64,000 nt of DNA from NCBI GenBank assembly GCA_903946925.1, contig CAJAXK010000015.1:3579-67578 (forward strand), in the 5' to 3' direction. Position 1 is the first letter of the stretch; the number at the start of each line of letters is the position of its first letter. The stretch comes from an uncultured Bacteroidales bacterium (GTDB lineage: Bacteria; Bacteroidota; Bacteroidia; Bacteroidales; UBA4417). The translations under genes were made by a program, and so were the position numbers. This document shows, piece after piece, positions 53,170 to 63,616 of the stretch. The notes beneath the pieces were generated by a model. That model made no database searches. It was not told the origin of the DNA and saw only the letters and a list, made by a program, of their open reading frames with translations.

Positions 53170-54084
53170 ATGCTTCCCTTCAACCTTACTATTTTAGGCA
53201 GCAGTTCGGCTACCCCAACATCCGAACGAAACCCAACTTCTCAGTTGTTGAATCATGCCGAAAAGCTTTTTTTAATTGATTGTGGCGAAGGCACCCAGGT
53301 TTCGCTCAGGCGTATGCACATCCATTTTCAACGTATTAAATATATATTTATCAGCCATTTGCATGGCGACCATTTCTTTGGTCTTATTGGCCTTATTTCA
53401 TCCATGCACTTGCTGGGAAGAACAAAACCTCTTTATATTTTTGGGCCAGAACCCCTCAAAGAAATACTTGATATACAGTTGAAAGCATCGCAAACATCCT
53501 TGCTTTATCCTTTGGAATTCCGCCCAACCCAGGCAGAAAAGCCGGAAATGATTTTTGAGGACCAATTAATTAGTGTAAGCAGTTTTCCTTTGCTGCATAG
53601 GATTCCAACCACAGGATTCCTTTTTAAGGAAAAACCTGGCGAGCTAAAAATAAAGAAAGATGTGATTGATCTCCTAAAAGTCCCAGTCCACTTAATCCCA
53701 AAACTAAAAGCAGGGGCCGATTTTATGGCAATTGATGGAACGCTGCACCCCAACTCCCTATTTACCCAACCGCCGCCTCGGCCGCGTAGCTATGCTTTTT
53801 GTTCCGACACAGCCTATTATGAAAATATTATTCCTGAAATTGCCGGAGCTGATTTACTTTATCATGAAACTACATTTATGAACAACCGGGTTGCTAATGC
53901 CATTGAAAAATTCCACTCAACAACAGGGCAAGCTGCAACAATTGCACAAAAAGCAAACGTGAAAAAACTTCTTATCGGCCATTATTCAGCCAGGTACGAC
54001 GATTTACAACCCTTATTAGGTGAGGCCAAGGCTATATTCCCGGAAACTGAGTTAGCCGAAGAAGGAATGGTTTTCGAAATTTGA
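53170..54084 (+). CDS. rnz: Ribonuclease Z (tRNA 3' endonuclease)
   Basis: LTILGSSSATPTSERNPTSQLL, FLIDCGEGTQ and FISHLHGDHFFGLIGL (HxHxDH motif). The 304-aa length fits. Confidence 0.95.
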   Translation: MLPFNLTILGSSSATPTSERNPTSQLLNHAEKLFLIDCGEGTQVSLRRMHIHFQRIKYIFISHLHGDHFFGLIGLISSMHLLGRTKPLYIFGPEPLKEILDIQLKASQTSLLYPLEFRPTQAEKPEMIFEDQLISVSSFPLLHRIPTTGFLFKEKPGELKIKKDVIDLLKVPVHLIPKLKAGADFMAIDGTLHPNSLFTQPPPRPRSYAFCSDTAYYENIIPEIAGADLLYHETTFMNNRVANAIEKFHSTTGQAATIAQKANVKKLLIGHYSARYDDLQPLLGEAKAIFPETELAEEGMVFEI

Positions 54085-54117
54085 ATTAGGTTGCATTTTC
54101 AATATAATTCAGGGAAA

Positions 54118-54146
54118 TAAAAAAAGGGAGCATTTGCTCCCTTTTT
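54118..54146. terminator. Bidirectional rho-independent terminator between rnz and the DUF2723 gene
   Basis: An A-run, then GGGAGC (54126-54131) paired with GCTCCC (54136-54141) around a 4-nt loop, then TTTTT. Confidence 0.7.
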
Positions 54147-54166
54147 CAGTTCTAAAAGTGTTGTAT

Positions 54167-57100
54167 TTACTTCATTGCACCTGTACGTTCGCCAAGGAAT
54201 TTGTCAATTCGTTGAGCTATATCCTTTTGGTTATATTGCTCGGCGATTTGTTTCATGGTATTGAAAAATCCAAAAGCCTCACTCAGGTCTTCGTCGTAAT
54301 TGCCTCGGAATTCGGGATTGAGCGAAAGATAATAATCGGTATTCTGCTGATAAATCTGCATCAAGGTACTTGCAAGTTTATTGCCTTTTTCAAACGCTCC
54401 AGCCTTATAGTACACATCAACAAACTGTATCATGTAGTAATCGAAATGTACTTTGTTGTTGGGGAAAATTTGCTGCACATAATCGCAAACTTTTACAGCC
54501 GAATCCTTTTTGCCTTCTATGATCAGGGTTCGTGCCAAACGGGCAAAGTTTTGTTTTGGGATCATAGTATTGCGCGAACTTTCGCGATCAACATATACAC
54601 CTGGCTGGTTCAGGTTTCCCCATTTGCATTTGTTTATCAATATATCGTACGAACTTTGTGAGTTTACGCTACCAACACCTTTGATGTAATCTTCTTCATC
54701 GGGTTTCACAGGCATAAACCTGTAAACGAATCCTTCCTGATAACAGTATTTATCAACATCAACCGCATCGCTAACACTCGAAGGTTGAGCGAAATAGATT
54801 GGCCTTTTGAACTTGTTTTTGGCAAGGAAATCGAGCAGCATCAAATCGTTTTTATATAAATAATTCGATTTAATATCCCATTCAACCGTTCCAACAACCC
54901 TGTCGGCCAAATTAGCCGGAACAATCCCATTTTTTACCAGATTAGCTGAATCAACTGTGATTTTCACTTTTTTGGTAGGATAAATTGCGATGGATCTTGA
55001 TCCGCTCTGGAACCTGGATGAAGGATCTTCGCTTGCAATCAAATCCATCAAATCCTGTAGCTCAACTCTTTCCTGCATTTGTCCTGAATAAGCCGAAACC
55101 TCGTTTATCCCTTTATTATACTGATCGTAGGATAAAGTGAATGGCAAAGCTTCCGAATCGTAAATTTTTCGCATCAATTGATGAACATACCAATCGCCAG
55201 ACGACAACATAAAATTCACTACTCTCACATCGGTGCGGATTCCTTCCACTTCCTGGGCGTACCAAAGAGGGAAGGTATCGTTATCGCCATTTGTGATAAG
55301 TATGGCATTGGGTGCGCAGGAATTCAAATAGTTGACAGCAAAATCGCGGGTTGCATATTTATTGGCGCGTGTATGGTCGTCCCAGCCTTCTTTTGCCATA
55401 ATTCCAGGAACTAACAGTAAGCAAACCAATGTAATTGGGATTGCTGAGTATTTCTCGTTCACTTTTTTCAGTAAATCCCATAATGCCATTACCCCAAGCC
55501 CTATCCAAATAGCAAAAGCATAAAACGATCCGGCAAAGGCATAATCCCGTTCGCGCGGTTGTTGTGGCGTTATGTTTAGGTATAAAACAATGGCCATGCC
55601 TGTCATAAAAAACAGCAGCAGCACCACCAAAAAACCATCCAAATGCTTGCGCAGATGGAAAAACATACCCAAAAGCCCAAGCAGCAGTGGCAGGAAATAG
55701 AACTTGTTGTTTGCCGCATTGCTCATGCTGTCGGGCAAGTTCGATTGATCGCCCAAACGGGCATTATCCAAAGGCGTTATCCCACTTAGCCAGTTACCGT
55801 AACGTATGCCGCCGTGGCCTTCAATATCGTTTTGCCTTCCAACAAAATTCCAGAAAAAATACCGCATATACATGTGCCCAACCTGATAGCTTAGGAAAAA
55901 ACGCACATTTTCGACAAAAGTAGGTTTGTATAAAGTTTCTGGCTTCCCGTCTTCGTTTGTAACATCAATTGGGGTGCCTTTAATTTTTCCCCACGATTTG
56001 TACGCCGAAATATGGCTGGGTTTCTGGTTGCTCCACATACGTGGAAAAGGGGTGCAAAATCTTGGATCGTATGCAGGAATGGTATTTTTCCGGTCATCGG
56101 TCATTACATACTTCCCTTTTTTCTTGTCCTTTACATAAAAAGGGGTTGCATCACCGGCCTTTTCCTGGCTATCCTGAGGTGCGTTGTAATATTGACCGTA
56201 AGCTACAGGCCATGTGCCGTATTGTTCGCGGTTCAGGTACGACAGAAGGCTAACCGCATCGCTTGGGTCATTTTCATTGATTGGGGTGTTAGTATTTGCA
56301 CGGATAACGAGCATAAAAAACGACGAATACCCGATCAACAGGAAAGCGATAGACAGGAAAATGGTATTTGCTGCCGACCGGACCAGATTGCGGTTCAAGC
56401 GCCCGGGTTCGCTCTTGTACCAATAATATACCCCTGCCACTATCAACAACCCAATAAAAGTTGTCCACGAAAAAGCAGCTAACAACAGCAAAAGCACCCC
56501 GCCAACCATATAGTTTACTGCCGAATGTTTAGCTTGGTATGTAAAGCGTATGCTCCAAACAAGTGCGCCAATCAGTATTATGAAATAAAACAATGTGCCT
56601 GAATTAAATGGCAGCCCAAAACTGTTTACAAACAATATTTCGTATTTACCTGCAAGGTTAACGGTGTAAGGTATTACAAGGAACATTATAAAAGCAAGGA
56701 TAAAGAACGAAATGCCCAAAGTAAGCACTACCCCTTTCCAGGTAGTTTTGTATTTACGGAAGTAAAAAACAAGCGCAATTGCAGGGATAGCAAGCAGGTT
56801 GAGCAAATGGACCCCTATGGAAAGCCCCATAAGGTAAGCAATTATAATTATCCAACGCTGCGAATGTGGTTGGTCTGCGGCCTGATCCCATTTTAATATG
56901 GCCCAGAAAACAATGGCTGTAAAAAACGACGACATGGCATAAACTTCACCTTCCACCGCCGAAAACCAGAACGAATCGCTGAAAGTATAAGCTAGTGCCC
57001 CAACAAGCCCGCTTCCAAGAATGGCAATCATGCGTCCTGTCGAAATTTCTTCGTCTTTGGTAAATTTAAGACCTAACATGGTAATGCTCCAGAAAAGGAA

Positions 57101-57376
57101 CAAAATAGTTGCCGAACTGCTCAATGCCGACATATAATTTACCATTACAGCCACTTTGCTCAGGTCGCCAAAAGCAAATAAACTGAAAAAACGTCCAAGT
57201 AACTGAAAAAAAGGTGCTCCTGGTGGGTGGCCAACCTGAAGTTTAAACGCGGTAGAAATGTACTCGCCACAATCCCACCAACTTGCTGTTGGCTCAACGG
57301 TTGACAGATAAACCCACGAAGAAATGGCAAAAACTAGCCATCCCAACAGGTTATTCAGTTTCCTGAATGTTTTCAT
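54167..57376 (-). CDS. DUF2723-domain polytopic membrane protein (TMEM260-like / putative glycosyltransferase) with a C-terminal TPR-like region
   Basis: The N-terminus VFAISSWVYLSTVEPTASWWDCGEYISTAFKLQVGHPPGAPFFQLLGR is the DUF2723 signature. It has many TM segments and is 1069 aa long. Confidence 0.85.
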   Translation of the reverse strand: MKTFRKLNNLLGWLVFAISSWVYLSTVEPTASWWDCGEYISTAFKLQVGHPPGAPFFQLLGRFFSLFAFGDLSKVAVMVNYMSALSSSATILFLFWSITMLGLKFTKDEEISTGRMIAILGSGLVGALAYTFSDSFWFSAVEGEVYAMSSFFTAIVFWAILKWDQAADQPHSQRWIIIIAYLMGLSIGVHLLNLLAIPAIALVFYFRKYKTTWKGVVLTLGISFFILAFIMFLVIPYTVNLAGKYEILFVNSFGLPFNSGTLFYFIILIGALVWSIRFTYQAKHSAVNYMVGGVLLLLLAAFSWTTFIGLLIVAGVYYWYKSEPGRLNRNLVRSAANTIFLSIAFLLIGYSSFFMLVIRANTNTPINENDPSDAVSLLSYLNREQYGTWPVAYGQYYNAPQDSQEKAGDATPFYVKDKKKGKYVMTDDRKNTIPAYDPRFCTPFPRMWSNQKPSHISAYKSWGKIKGTPIDVTNEDGKPETLYKPTFVENVRFFLSYQVGHMYMRYFFWNFVGRQNDIEGHGGIRYGNWLSGITPLDNARLGDQSNLPDSMSNAANNKFYFLPLLLGLLGMFFHLRKHLDGFLVVLLLFFMTGMAIVLYLNITPQQPRERDYAFAGSFYAFAIWIGLGVMALWDLLKKVNEKYSAIPITLVCLLLVPGIMAKEGWDDHTRANKYATRDFAVNYLNSCAPNAILITNGDNDTFPLWYAQEVEGIRTDVRVVNFMLSSGDWYVHQLMRKIYDSEALPFTLSYDQYNKGINEVSAYSGQMQERVELQDLMDLIASEDPSSRFQSGSRSIAIYPTKKVKITVDSANLVKNGIVPANLADRVVGTVEWDIKSNYLYKNDLMLLDFLAKNKFKRPIYFAQPSSVSDAVDVDKYCYQEGFVYRFMPVKPDEEDYIKGVGSVNSQSSYDILINKCKWGNLNQPGVYVDRESSRNTMIPKQNFARLARTLIIEGKKDSAVKVCDYVQQIFPNNKVHFDYYMIQFVDVYYKAGAFEKGNKLASTLMQIYQQNTDYYLSLNPEFRGNYDEDLSEAFGFFNTMKQIAEQYNQKDIAQRIDKFLGERTGAMK

Positions 57377-57880
57377 GAAAAAATTGGATTAATGAATAAA
57401 CGATTTATTTTGAAGGGACGAAATTAACCATTTATTGCGATGTACAATCAACTTTTAGCAATTGTTAAGAAAATGCAGGGTTGAAAGTGCAAAACAGTTA
57501 GAGAATGGAATTCTATTTGATTGATATACAATATGTTAAAAATATTTATCAATACTGTGAATCGTTTTTTTTGTATAGTTATACAAACTTACGTTTCCAA
57601 ACCCGAAAAGCAAATGATCTGCTTGAGTCTGGTTTCTGTCAGCAAATAGCAGAAAAAGAAGAGCAAGCTTTCTAAATCGTAATGGATTTGCTTGGTTGCG
57701 TGGGAGGCTAAATCTTAAACGATGTTAGAAAAATCAACTTGGTTAGCCAAAATCATTTACATATCATGATTTTACTTACCGATAAAAATGAATGGATCCT
57801 CTGTTATTGGCCTGAAATATCGCTTAAATTTTAGTTTTTCGGCTTGCACCCAAAACAGAAAAACCCAAATTACCGTGAAA

Positions 57881-58354
57881 TTATTTTACAACCAATTTCA
57901 CAAATTCTTCGGTCTCCTCAAAAGCCTTTATAATTGTCTTTGCGGCTTCCCCGCCAATTATATCGGCAAAAGCCGGGGCATTCATACGGGAAATATATGT
58001 ATATCCGTCAGATTTTTCATACACCGATATGCGGCAGGGCAGCATTGGTGATACATTTCTAAGCCCGTCTTTTGAAAGTATCTGGAAAGCATGGTTAGGA
58101 TTGCACAGTTCAATCACCTTTACAGGCAATACTTCTTTGCTGTTTTTCTTCATAGTTTCCTGAAGGTCGTGGGTTATTGTAATCTTCCATCCATTTTCAA
58201 CAATGGTTTTCGATAACTTTTCAATGGTTTCGGCAAAGCCAAACCTACTCTGATTTTCAATCAATAATAGAGGGTTGCTTTTACTTGTGTTTTGAGATGT
58301 AGCCATTAGGCCGCAAAGCATTAAAACAGATACAAATAGTTGCTTGATTTTCAT
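57881..58354 (-). CDS. DUF302 domain protein, secreted
   Basis: Signal peptide, then ...VKVIELCNPNHAFQIL...MLPCRISVYEKSDGYTYISRMN, typical of DUF302. Confidence 0.8.
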   Translation of the reverse strand: MKIKQLFVSVLMLCGLMATSQNTSKSNPLLLIENQSRFGFAETIEKLSKTIVENGWKITITHDLQETMKKNSKEVLPVKVIELCNPNHAFQILSKDGLRNVSPMLPCRISVYEKSDGYTYISRMNAPAFADIIGGEAAKTIIKAFEETEEFVKLVVK

Positions 58355-58584
58355 GATTATTTGAATTTGAAAGTGTGTTATTGATTATTATAAACACCTT
58401 GTATTTGAGAATGTTTAGCAATACCGCTAAGAAATTTTGGGTTTTTTTAATTAGGTATTTTTACACCAAACAAATAGTAACTATTCAGCCAGTACAAAGC
58501 CTTGTAAAGCATATATTTGCCACTGATTTTGCGGATTTCCAAGTTGGAAATATTTCAATTCATCCAATTTCAATTCAAAAACTT

Positions 58585-58685
58585 TCTACGGTAGTTAAAA
58601 ATCTCTGTTAATCTGTGAGCTTAGCGAAGCGGTATCACGAATAGGGAATTACTTCATGAGTAAATCTTTGGCAAAAATGGCAAAC
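58585..58685. repeat. Fragment related to the internal insertion of MITE-like copy 2
   Basis: GTGAGCTTAGCGAAGCGGTATCACGAA...GGAATTACTTCATGAGTAAA resembles the reverse complement of 39572-39625 (TTTACTCACAATTACTT...TTCGTGATAACGCTTCGCTAAGTTCAC). Confidence 0.45.
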
Positions 58686-58890
58686 TGAAAGCGTGAATAG
58701 TTACCAGCATTTTGATGGTATCGAAATCCATACTATTTGCCTAAAAAATACAGCTTTGTATTTATCGTAATTAAATTATTCCACATTTCCGATTTTCCTA
58801 TATTTGCTGGATAAAAACCATCTATAATTTTGGTTTATTGAAATCTGGGAATTAGCCTAACTTGCAGCAAAACCACACAAAACTTTTATC

Positions 58891-59622
58891 ATGAAGTACT
58901 TAAAAATTTCTTTCATGCTTATTTTGGCTGGGCTTTCCATTAAAAGCATTGCCCAAGAATCCAAGCCAACCAATTGCAAACTATCCCTCGGGGCCGATTT
59001 TGCCACTTCCTATCTTTGGCGTGGCTACGAATTGGGCAACTCGCCGGCGGTGCAGCCTTGGGGCGAGTTCTCTTACAAAGGCTTAACGCTTGGCACTTGG
59101 GGAAGTTATGGTTTTACAGGCGATTATAAAGAAGTTGATCTGTATGTCAAATACACACATAAAGATTTCACCCTGACCTTTGTTGATTTGTTTTACCCCG
59201 GTGCAGAAGCATTTGATCAAAACTTTTATAACTTCAAGCAAAGTTCAACCGGTCATTGCGGCGAACTAGGCCTGAGTTTTAATGGTTCCGAAAAAATCCC
59301 TTTTTCGGTTTTTGGAGGTGTTATCCTTTATGGGGCTTCATCGGATCCCGACCCAAGCGACTCCACAAGCATGAATTATTCAACCTACTTTGAACTGAAA
59401 TATTTGGGGGCTTTAAACGAATATTCTTATGAAGTATTTGCGGGCTTCACCCCTGTGCAAAGCACTTTTTACCTAACCGACGGCTTTGCTTTTGTAAACG
59501 TTGGGGCAACTGTAAAAAAATCGATAAAACTCACCGACGACTTTTCGCTGCCGCTAAAGCTCACCTTGTCAACCAACCCCGAAATAAAGAAAATTTATTT
59601 ATCGCTGCTTATCTCCATCTAG
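58891..59622 (+). CDS. TorF-like / Gcw_chp-family putative outer-membrane porin
   Basis: Signal peptide, then LSLGADFATSYLWRGYELGNSPAVQPWGEFSY, which resembles the Gcw_chp (TIGR02001) N-terminal motif. The rest is beta-rich. Confidence 0.6.
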   Translation: MKYLKISFMLILAGLSIKSIAQESKPTNCKLSLGADFATSYLWRGYELGNSPAVQPWGEFSYKGLTLGTWGSYGFTGDYKEVDLYVKYTHKDFTLTFVDLFYPGAEAFDQNFYNFKQSSTGHCGELGLSFNGSEKIPFSVFGGVILYGASSDPDPSDSTSMNYSTYFELKYLGALNEYSYEVFAGFTPVQSTFYLTDGFAFVNVGATVKKSIKLTDDFSLPLKLTLSTNPEIKKIYLSLLISI

Positions 59623-59658
59623 AAGCGAATTAGTAACACAACAATCAATCAAGCAGTT

Positions 59659-60657
59659 ATGAAACAATCCATTGCACTTGTATTGCTGGCTGTATTTTTT
59701 TTCTCCTGCAAGCAATCGCCCAAGTTTGATCTGGCCAAAGAGCATGAAGCGCTACAGAAACAAGCCGAGAACATAAACAACGATTTCCTTAAAATAAGGT
59801 TGGAAGTCGATTCGTTGGTAACCGGGATTGCAAAGCTTTACGAAAGGCAAAACGAAATACTTCCCAACATCGACAAAAAAAAATACCAGCTAGCCAATAA
59901 TGGGGTTTTTACCAAACCAATTGACGATGGCGGTTCTGCCATTTTTGTTTCGGGTTTTTATCCGGTAAACGAAAGCATAAAAAAAATTGTTTACTTTACC
60001 GAACCTATTGATCAGGATTTCAAGGCATTGGTAAATAATTATCCCGAAATTGTACAGGTTTATTACAACGACAAACATTCAATTAACCGTATTTACCCTT
60101 ACTTCGATGTTTTGTCGCAGTATGAGGCCAAGATGGATATTCCAAATTTTAATTTTTATTATCTTGCCGATGAAAAGCATAACCCCGAAAAAAAATCGCT
60201 TTGGCTTGAGGAGCCTTATGTGGACCCTGCCGGCCGCGGCTGGATGGTTTCGGCAATAGCTCCAGTTTATTTTCGCGACAGCCTTGTTGGTGTGCCAGGC
60301 ATTGATGTAACCATTAACCTTGTTGCAAAGCGTTACCTGCCCGAAAAACCCGAAAGCATGACCATGATTATTGACAATTCCGGTGCCATAGTTGCCGCAC
60401 AGGAAGGGGCTATCAACCTTCTGTCGTTTCCTCCCTTATTCGACCATAAATATATAGAAACCATAAAACAAGATACATACCGCAAAGATTCGTATAACCT
60501 GGCTTTGAGCAAGGAAATAAATGTAAGGAATATTGCAGTAGAAATATTGCAAAACAAGAAAAGTGTAACAGAAACAGAAATAAACGGCGAAAAAATAACC
60601 ATAATAGCAGCTACCATCCCCGAACTGAACTGGCACCTTCTGGAAATCCTGAAATGA
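59659..60657 (+). CDS. Lipoprotein with a Cache/PDC-like extracytoplasmic sensor domain
   Basis: Lipobox FFFSC. EPYVDPAGRGWMVSAIAPVYFRDSLVGVPGIDVTIN is the typical Cache core. Its stop overlaps the kinase start (ATGA). Confidence 0.7.
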   Translation: MKQSIALVLLAVFFFSCKQSPKFDLAKEHEALQKQAENINNDFLKIRLEVDSLVTGIAKLYERQNEILPNIDKKKYQLANNGVFTKPIDDGGSAIFVSGFYPVNESIKKIVYFTEPIDQDFKALVNNYPEIVQVYYNDKHSINRIYPYFDVLSQYEAKMDIPNFNFYYLADEKHNPEKKSLWLEEPYVDPAGRGWMVSAIAPVYFRDSLVGVPGIDVTINLVAKRYLPEKPESMTMIIDNSGAIVAAQEGAINLLSFPPLFDHKYIETIKQDTYRKDSYNLALSKEINVRNIAVEILQNKKSVTETEINGEKITIIAATIPELNWHLLEILK

Positions 60658-63605
60658 AAATTAAATTCTATTTATTGGTTCCCCTGATCCTTGTTTTTAT
60701 TGGTTTATCCATAAGGCAGTATTATGTCCTTAATATAAACCAACGCAAGGAAACTGCAGATTTTGTCCATAAACAGATTATCCTTTGTGGAAAAAGCATT
60801 GAAGATGCCAGCAATGATTTTGAGGAATTAGTAAAATTTGAATTTGCCGACCACGACCTTAAAGGCTTCTTTGTAAACAAAGAGGACAAATCGAAAAATG
60901 CCGTTAAAAATGTAACCGTTGAGAACGAAATAAAAAGGATAAGGCGCTTTTATTCGCGCAACCAGGTGCTTATCTCAAAAATTATAATTTATAACGATTC
61001 GCTTTACAGGAGTTTCGAACGAAGAAACGACAATTACTTTATTGTCCTTCCCTCGCAGGCGTTTGCAAAACCAGTAACATTACTCAGCCACACCCAATTA
61101 ACCGATGCTGCTGGCGAACTGTCGTACATTCAACCTATACGTAATTCGGAGGGGAACCTGGTGGCTAACATTAAATTCGAGCTCAATATTTCAAATTTCC
61201 TTGCCTCACATTCCGACAAATTTTACATCGGCAACAATTCGTGGAGCTGGGCAATCGATACCGCCGGTCAGGTTTTGTTCCACAAACACAGCGAGCAATC
61301 CATAAGGGGCATCTTTAAAACCGATGCCATCGGTATTTTCCAGTCAAAACTTAAGCAAAACCTAAGTGCTTCGTTTACGCATACCATACAGCAGACGGAT
61401 GACTTTAACGTTTTTTCGGTTTTTTACCCTATAAATATCTTAGGTAAGAAAACAGGGATAATATTTTCGGTGGATACCGATTCGCTTTGGCGGCTCCAGA
61501 ATGAATCGAACATAACCATTTTTGTTTATTTCCTGGTGGTAATTGCATGCATTATTGCCTTGTTTTCCATAATTATCAGGCAAATGCTTTTGGCACGAAA
61601 GCGGCTTGAACTCACAGATGCATTGTTGCGGACAGCTAACCAAGCCTCGGAAGTACTGCTCACCGACCCGGATTTTGATAGTGCAATGCTCAATTTTTTA
61701 GAAATCACGGCAAAGGCTTTTGGATATCAACATGCATATTTGCTCGAATTTACGCAAAAAGGCACTAATCAGGTGTATCATCTAAAATACGAATGGTTCG
61801 ACAAATCATTGGTGAAACCATTTTCCGAATTGATTCCCGAAATAATCCCTGGCCTCGAAACCAATCTGTTCCAAAATATTGCCTCCCAGTTGTTCAGTAA
61901 TAAACTTGTTAAACTTAACGAACCTGATTTCGATAATTCATACGCGCCACTTCTGAAAAAGATTGATTGCAAGGCGTTTATCAATCTGCCAGTTTTTGTC
62001 GACAAGGTTATTTATGGTACAATTGGCTTCGTTGATTGCAAGGGCAGCAGGCAGTGGCCTAAATTTGAGGATGCGTTGGTGTTCAACTTCGCCAATGCCG
62101 TTGGCGGTGCTTTGTCAATATATAAAAAGAAGCAGGAGTTAATTTCGGCCAAAGTGCTTGCTGAAACAGCAAACAGGGCAAAATCAGAATTCCTGGCAAT
62201 TATGGGGCACGAAATCCGGACGCCAATGAATTCAATTGTTGGTTTAAGTCAGGTTATGCTCAGTAAAACTGACAACCCAACACAGAAAAACTATCTTAAA
62301 ATCGTTTCCGACAGCTCAAAAACCTTGCTTTCGCTTATTGACGATATTCTAATCTTATCCAAAATTGAAGCGGGGCAAATGAAAATATCGCCCGACCCTG
62401 CCGATTTGAGGGTGGCAATAAACGGGATAAAACAACTTTTTCATCGCAACACCGAAGGGAAAAACCTCAGTTTTATTATTGAAATTGACGATCAACTACC
62501 GCAAACTATTTTTATTGACGAATTACGGCTACGACAAATATTACTAAACCTGACCGGAAATGCCATTAAATTTACCCATACTGGTTTTGTTAAGATTGAG
62601 GTGAAGGTTTTGGATAAAAAAAATGGAAAAGTAACTTTTGAAATAGCTGTAATTGATAGCGGTATTGGTATCCCCGACCACGACCAGCAACTGATTTTCG
62701 AGTCGTTCAGCCAACTATCGGGTATGGATGCCCGAAAATACGGAGGCACAGGTTTGGGGCTTTCGATAAGTAAACGGCTTTTGGATTTGATGAATGGCAC
62801 AATCAGGATAAACAGCACACCCGGGCAAGGAAGCTGCTTTACGGTTTCATTTCAAAACCTTGATTATTCGGAAGAGTTTGTTGATGCCCAAAACCAGATA
62901 GAAACTTTTGATGAAAAAGTATCTTTTTCAGGTTCAAAAATACTGATTGTTGATGATGTTAAATTCAACCGCGATTTGATTTTAGCATACCTTGATATTT
63001 ATGATCTCAAATTATTTGAAGCCGAAAATGGCGAAGCTGCAATACAAATGGCAAAAGAGTGTGTGCCCGACCTTATCTTAATGGATATCAGGATGCCAGG
63101 CATGGATGGTTATCAGGCTACCAAAATCATTAAATCAGAAAAATTAACGGCTCACATTCCAGTTATTGCCCTTACTGCATCCATTGTGCAAAGCGAAATT
63201 GGTAACCTGCAAACCCAATTCGAAGGATATTTGCGCAAACCAATGAAAGAAGAAAGCATGATTAATGAATTAAAAAAGTACCTTCCCTATACCATTCTCA
63301 AGAGTACGAACGATGTTTCCAGTATTTTGCAAGTTGAAGCTCCTAAAACCGGGTTTAGTACCCCCGATATGGAAACCAAAGCGCTTTTCGAAACCAAGTT
63401 TAGTCAGGAAATCTCAACCCAATCGGAATCAATGATAAACGACAGTTTGATCGAACTGGCAGCAAATATGGAAGCATTCGCGATACAGTACAAAATACCC
63501 CAACTTGAGATAGAATGTGTTAAACTAAAAAGCCACATCGAAGCATTCGACTTCGATAAAATACAAAATTCATTGATACAAATAAAAGAAGTATTCAAAT
63601 CTTAA
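60654..63605 (+). CDS. Hybrid sensor histidine kinase / response regulator (TM, Cache-like periplasmic domain, TM, GAF, HisKA, HATPase_c, REC, C-terminal helical HPt-like tail)
   Basis: H-box FLAIMGHEIRTPMNSIVG, N-box LLNLTGNAIKFT, G-boxes DSGIGIP and GTGLGLSI, and REC KILIVDDVKFN...LILMDIRMPGMDG...LRKP. The GAF-like segment ends ...INLPVFVDKVIYGTIGFVD. Confidence 0.9.
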   Translation: MKIKFYLLVPLILVFIGLSIRQYYVLNINQRKETADFVHKQIILCGKSIEDASNDFEELVKFEFADHDLKGFFVNKEDKSKNAVKNVTVENEIKRIRRFYSRNQVLISKIIIYNDSLYRSFERRNDNYFIVLPSQAFAKPVTLLSHTQLTDAAGELSYIQPIRNSEGNLVANIKFELNISNFLASHSDKFYIGNNSWSWAIDTAGQVLFHKHSEQSIRGIFKTDAIGIFQSKLKQNLSASFTHTIQQTDDFNVFSVFYPINILGKKTGIIFSVDTDSLWRLQNESNITIFVYFLVVIACIIALFSIIIRQMLLARKRLELTDALLRTANQASEVLLTDPDFDSAMLNFLEITAKAFGYQHAYLLEFTQKGTNQVYHLKYEWFDKSLVKPFSELIPEIIPGLETNLFQNIASQLFSNKLVKLNEPDFDNSYAPLLKKIDCKAFINLPVFVDKVIYGTIGFVDCKGSRQWPKFEDALVFNFANAVGGALSIYKKKQELISAKVLAETANRAKSEFLAIMGHEIRTPMNSIVGLSQVMLSKTDNPTQKNYLKIVSDSSKTLLSLIDDILILSKIEAGQMKISPDPADLRVAINGIKQLFHRNTEGKNLSFIIEIDDQLPQTIFIDELRLRQILLNLTGNAIKFTHTGFVKIEVKVLDKKNGKVTFEIAVIDSGIGIPDHDQQLIFESFSQLSGMDARKYGGTGLGLSISKRLLDLMNGTIRINSTPGQGSCFTVSFQNLDYSEEFVDAQNQIETFDEKVSFSGSKILIVDDVKFNRDLILAYLDIYDLKLFEAENGEAAIQMAKECVPDLILMDIRMPGMDGYQATKIIKSEKLTAHIPVIALTASIVQSEIGNLQTQFEGYLRKPMKEESMINELKKYLPYTILKSTNDVSSILQVEAPKTGFSTPDMETKALFETKFSQEISTQSESMINDSLIELAANMEAFAIQYKIPQLEIECVKLKSHIEAFDFDKIQNSLIQIKEVFKS

Positions 63606-63616
63606 CGATCCTTGTT

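Noticed and set aside
52736-53197. ORFs 52736-52993 and 52994-53197 (SIV/QCS/MFD repeats)
   Set aside because: They lie entirely within the simple-sequence tract upstream of rnz. Their repetitive translation mirrors the DNA words.
54134-54661. 175-aa plus-strand ORF
   Set aside because: It is antisense to the C-terminal part of the well-supported 1069-aa DUF2723 gene and starts inside the bidirectional terminator.
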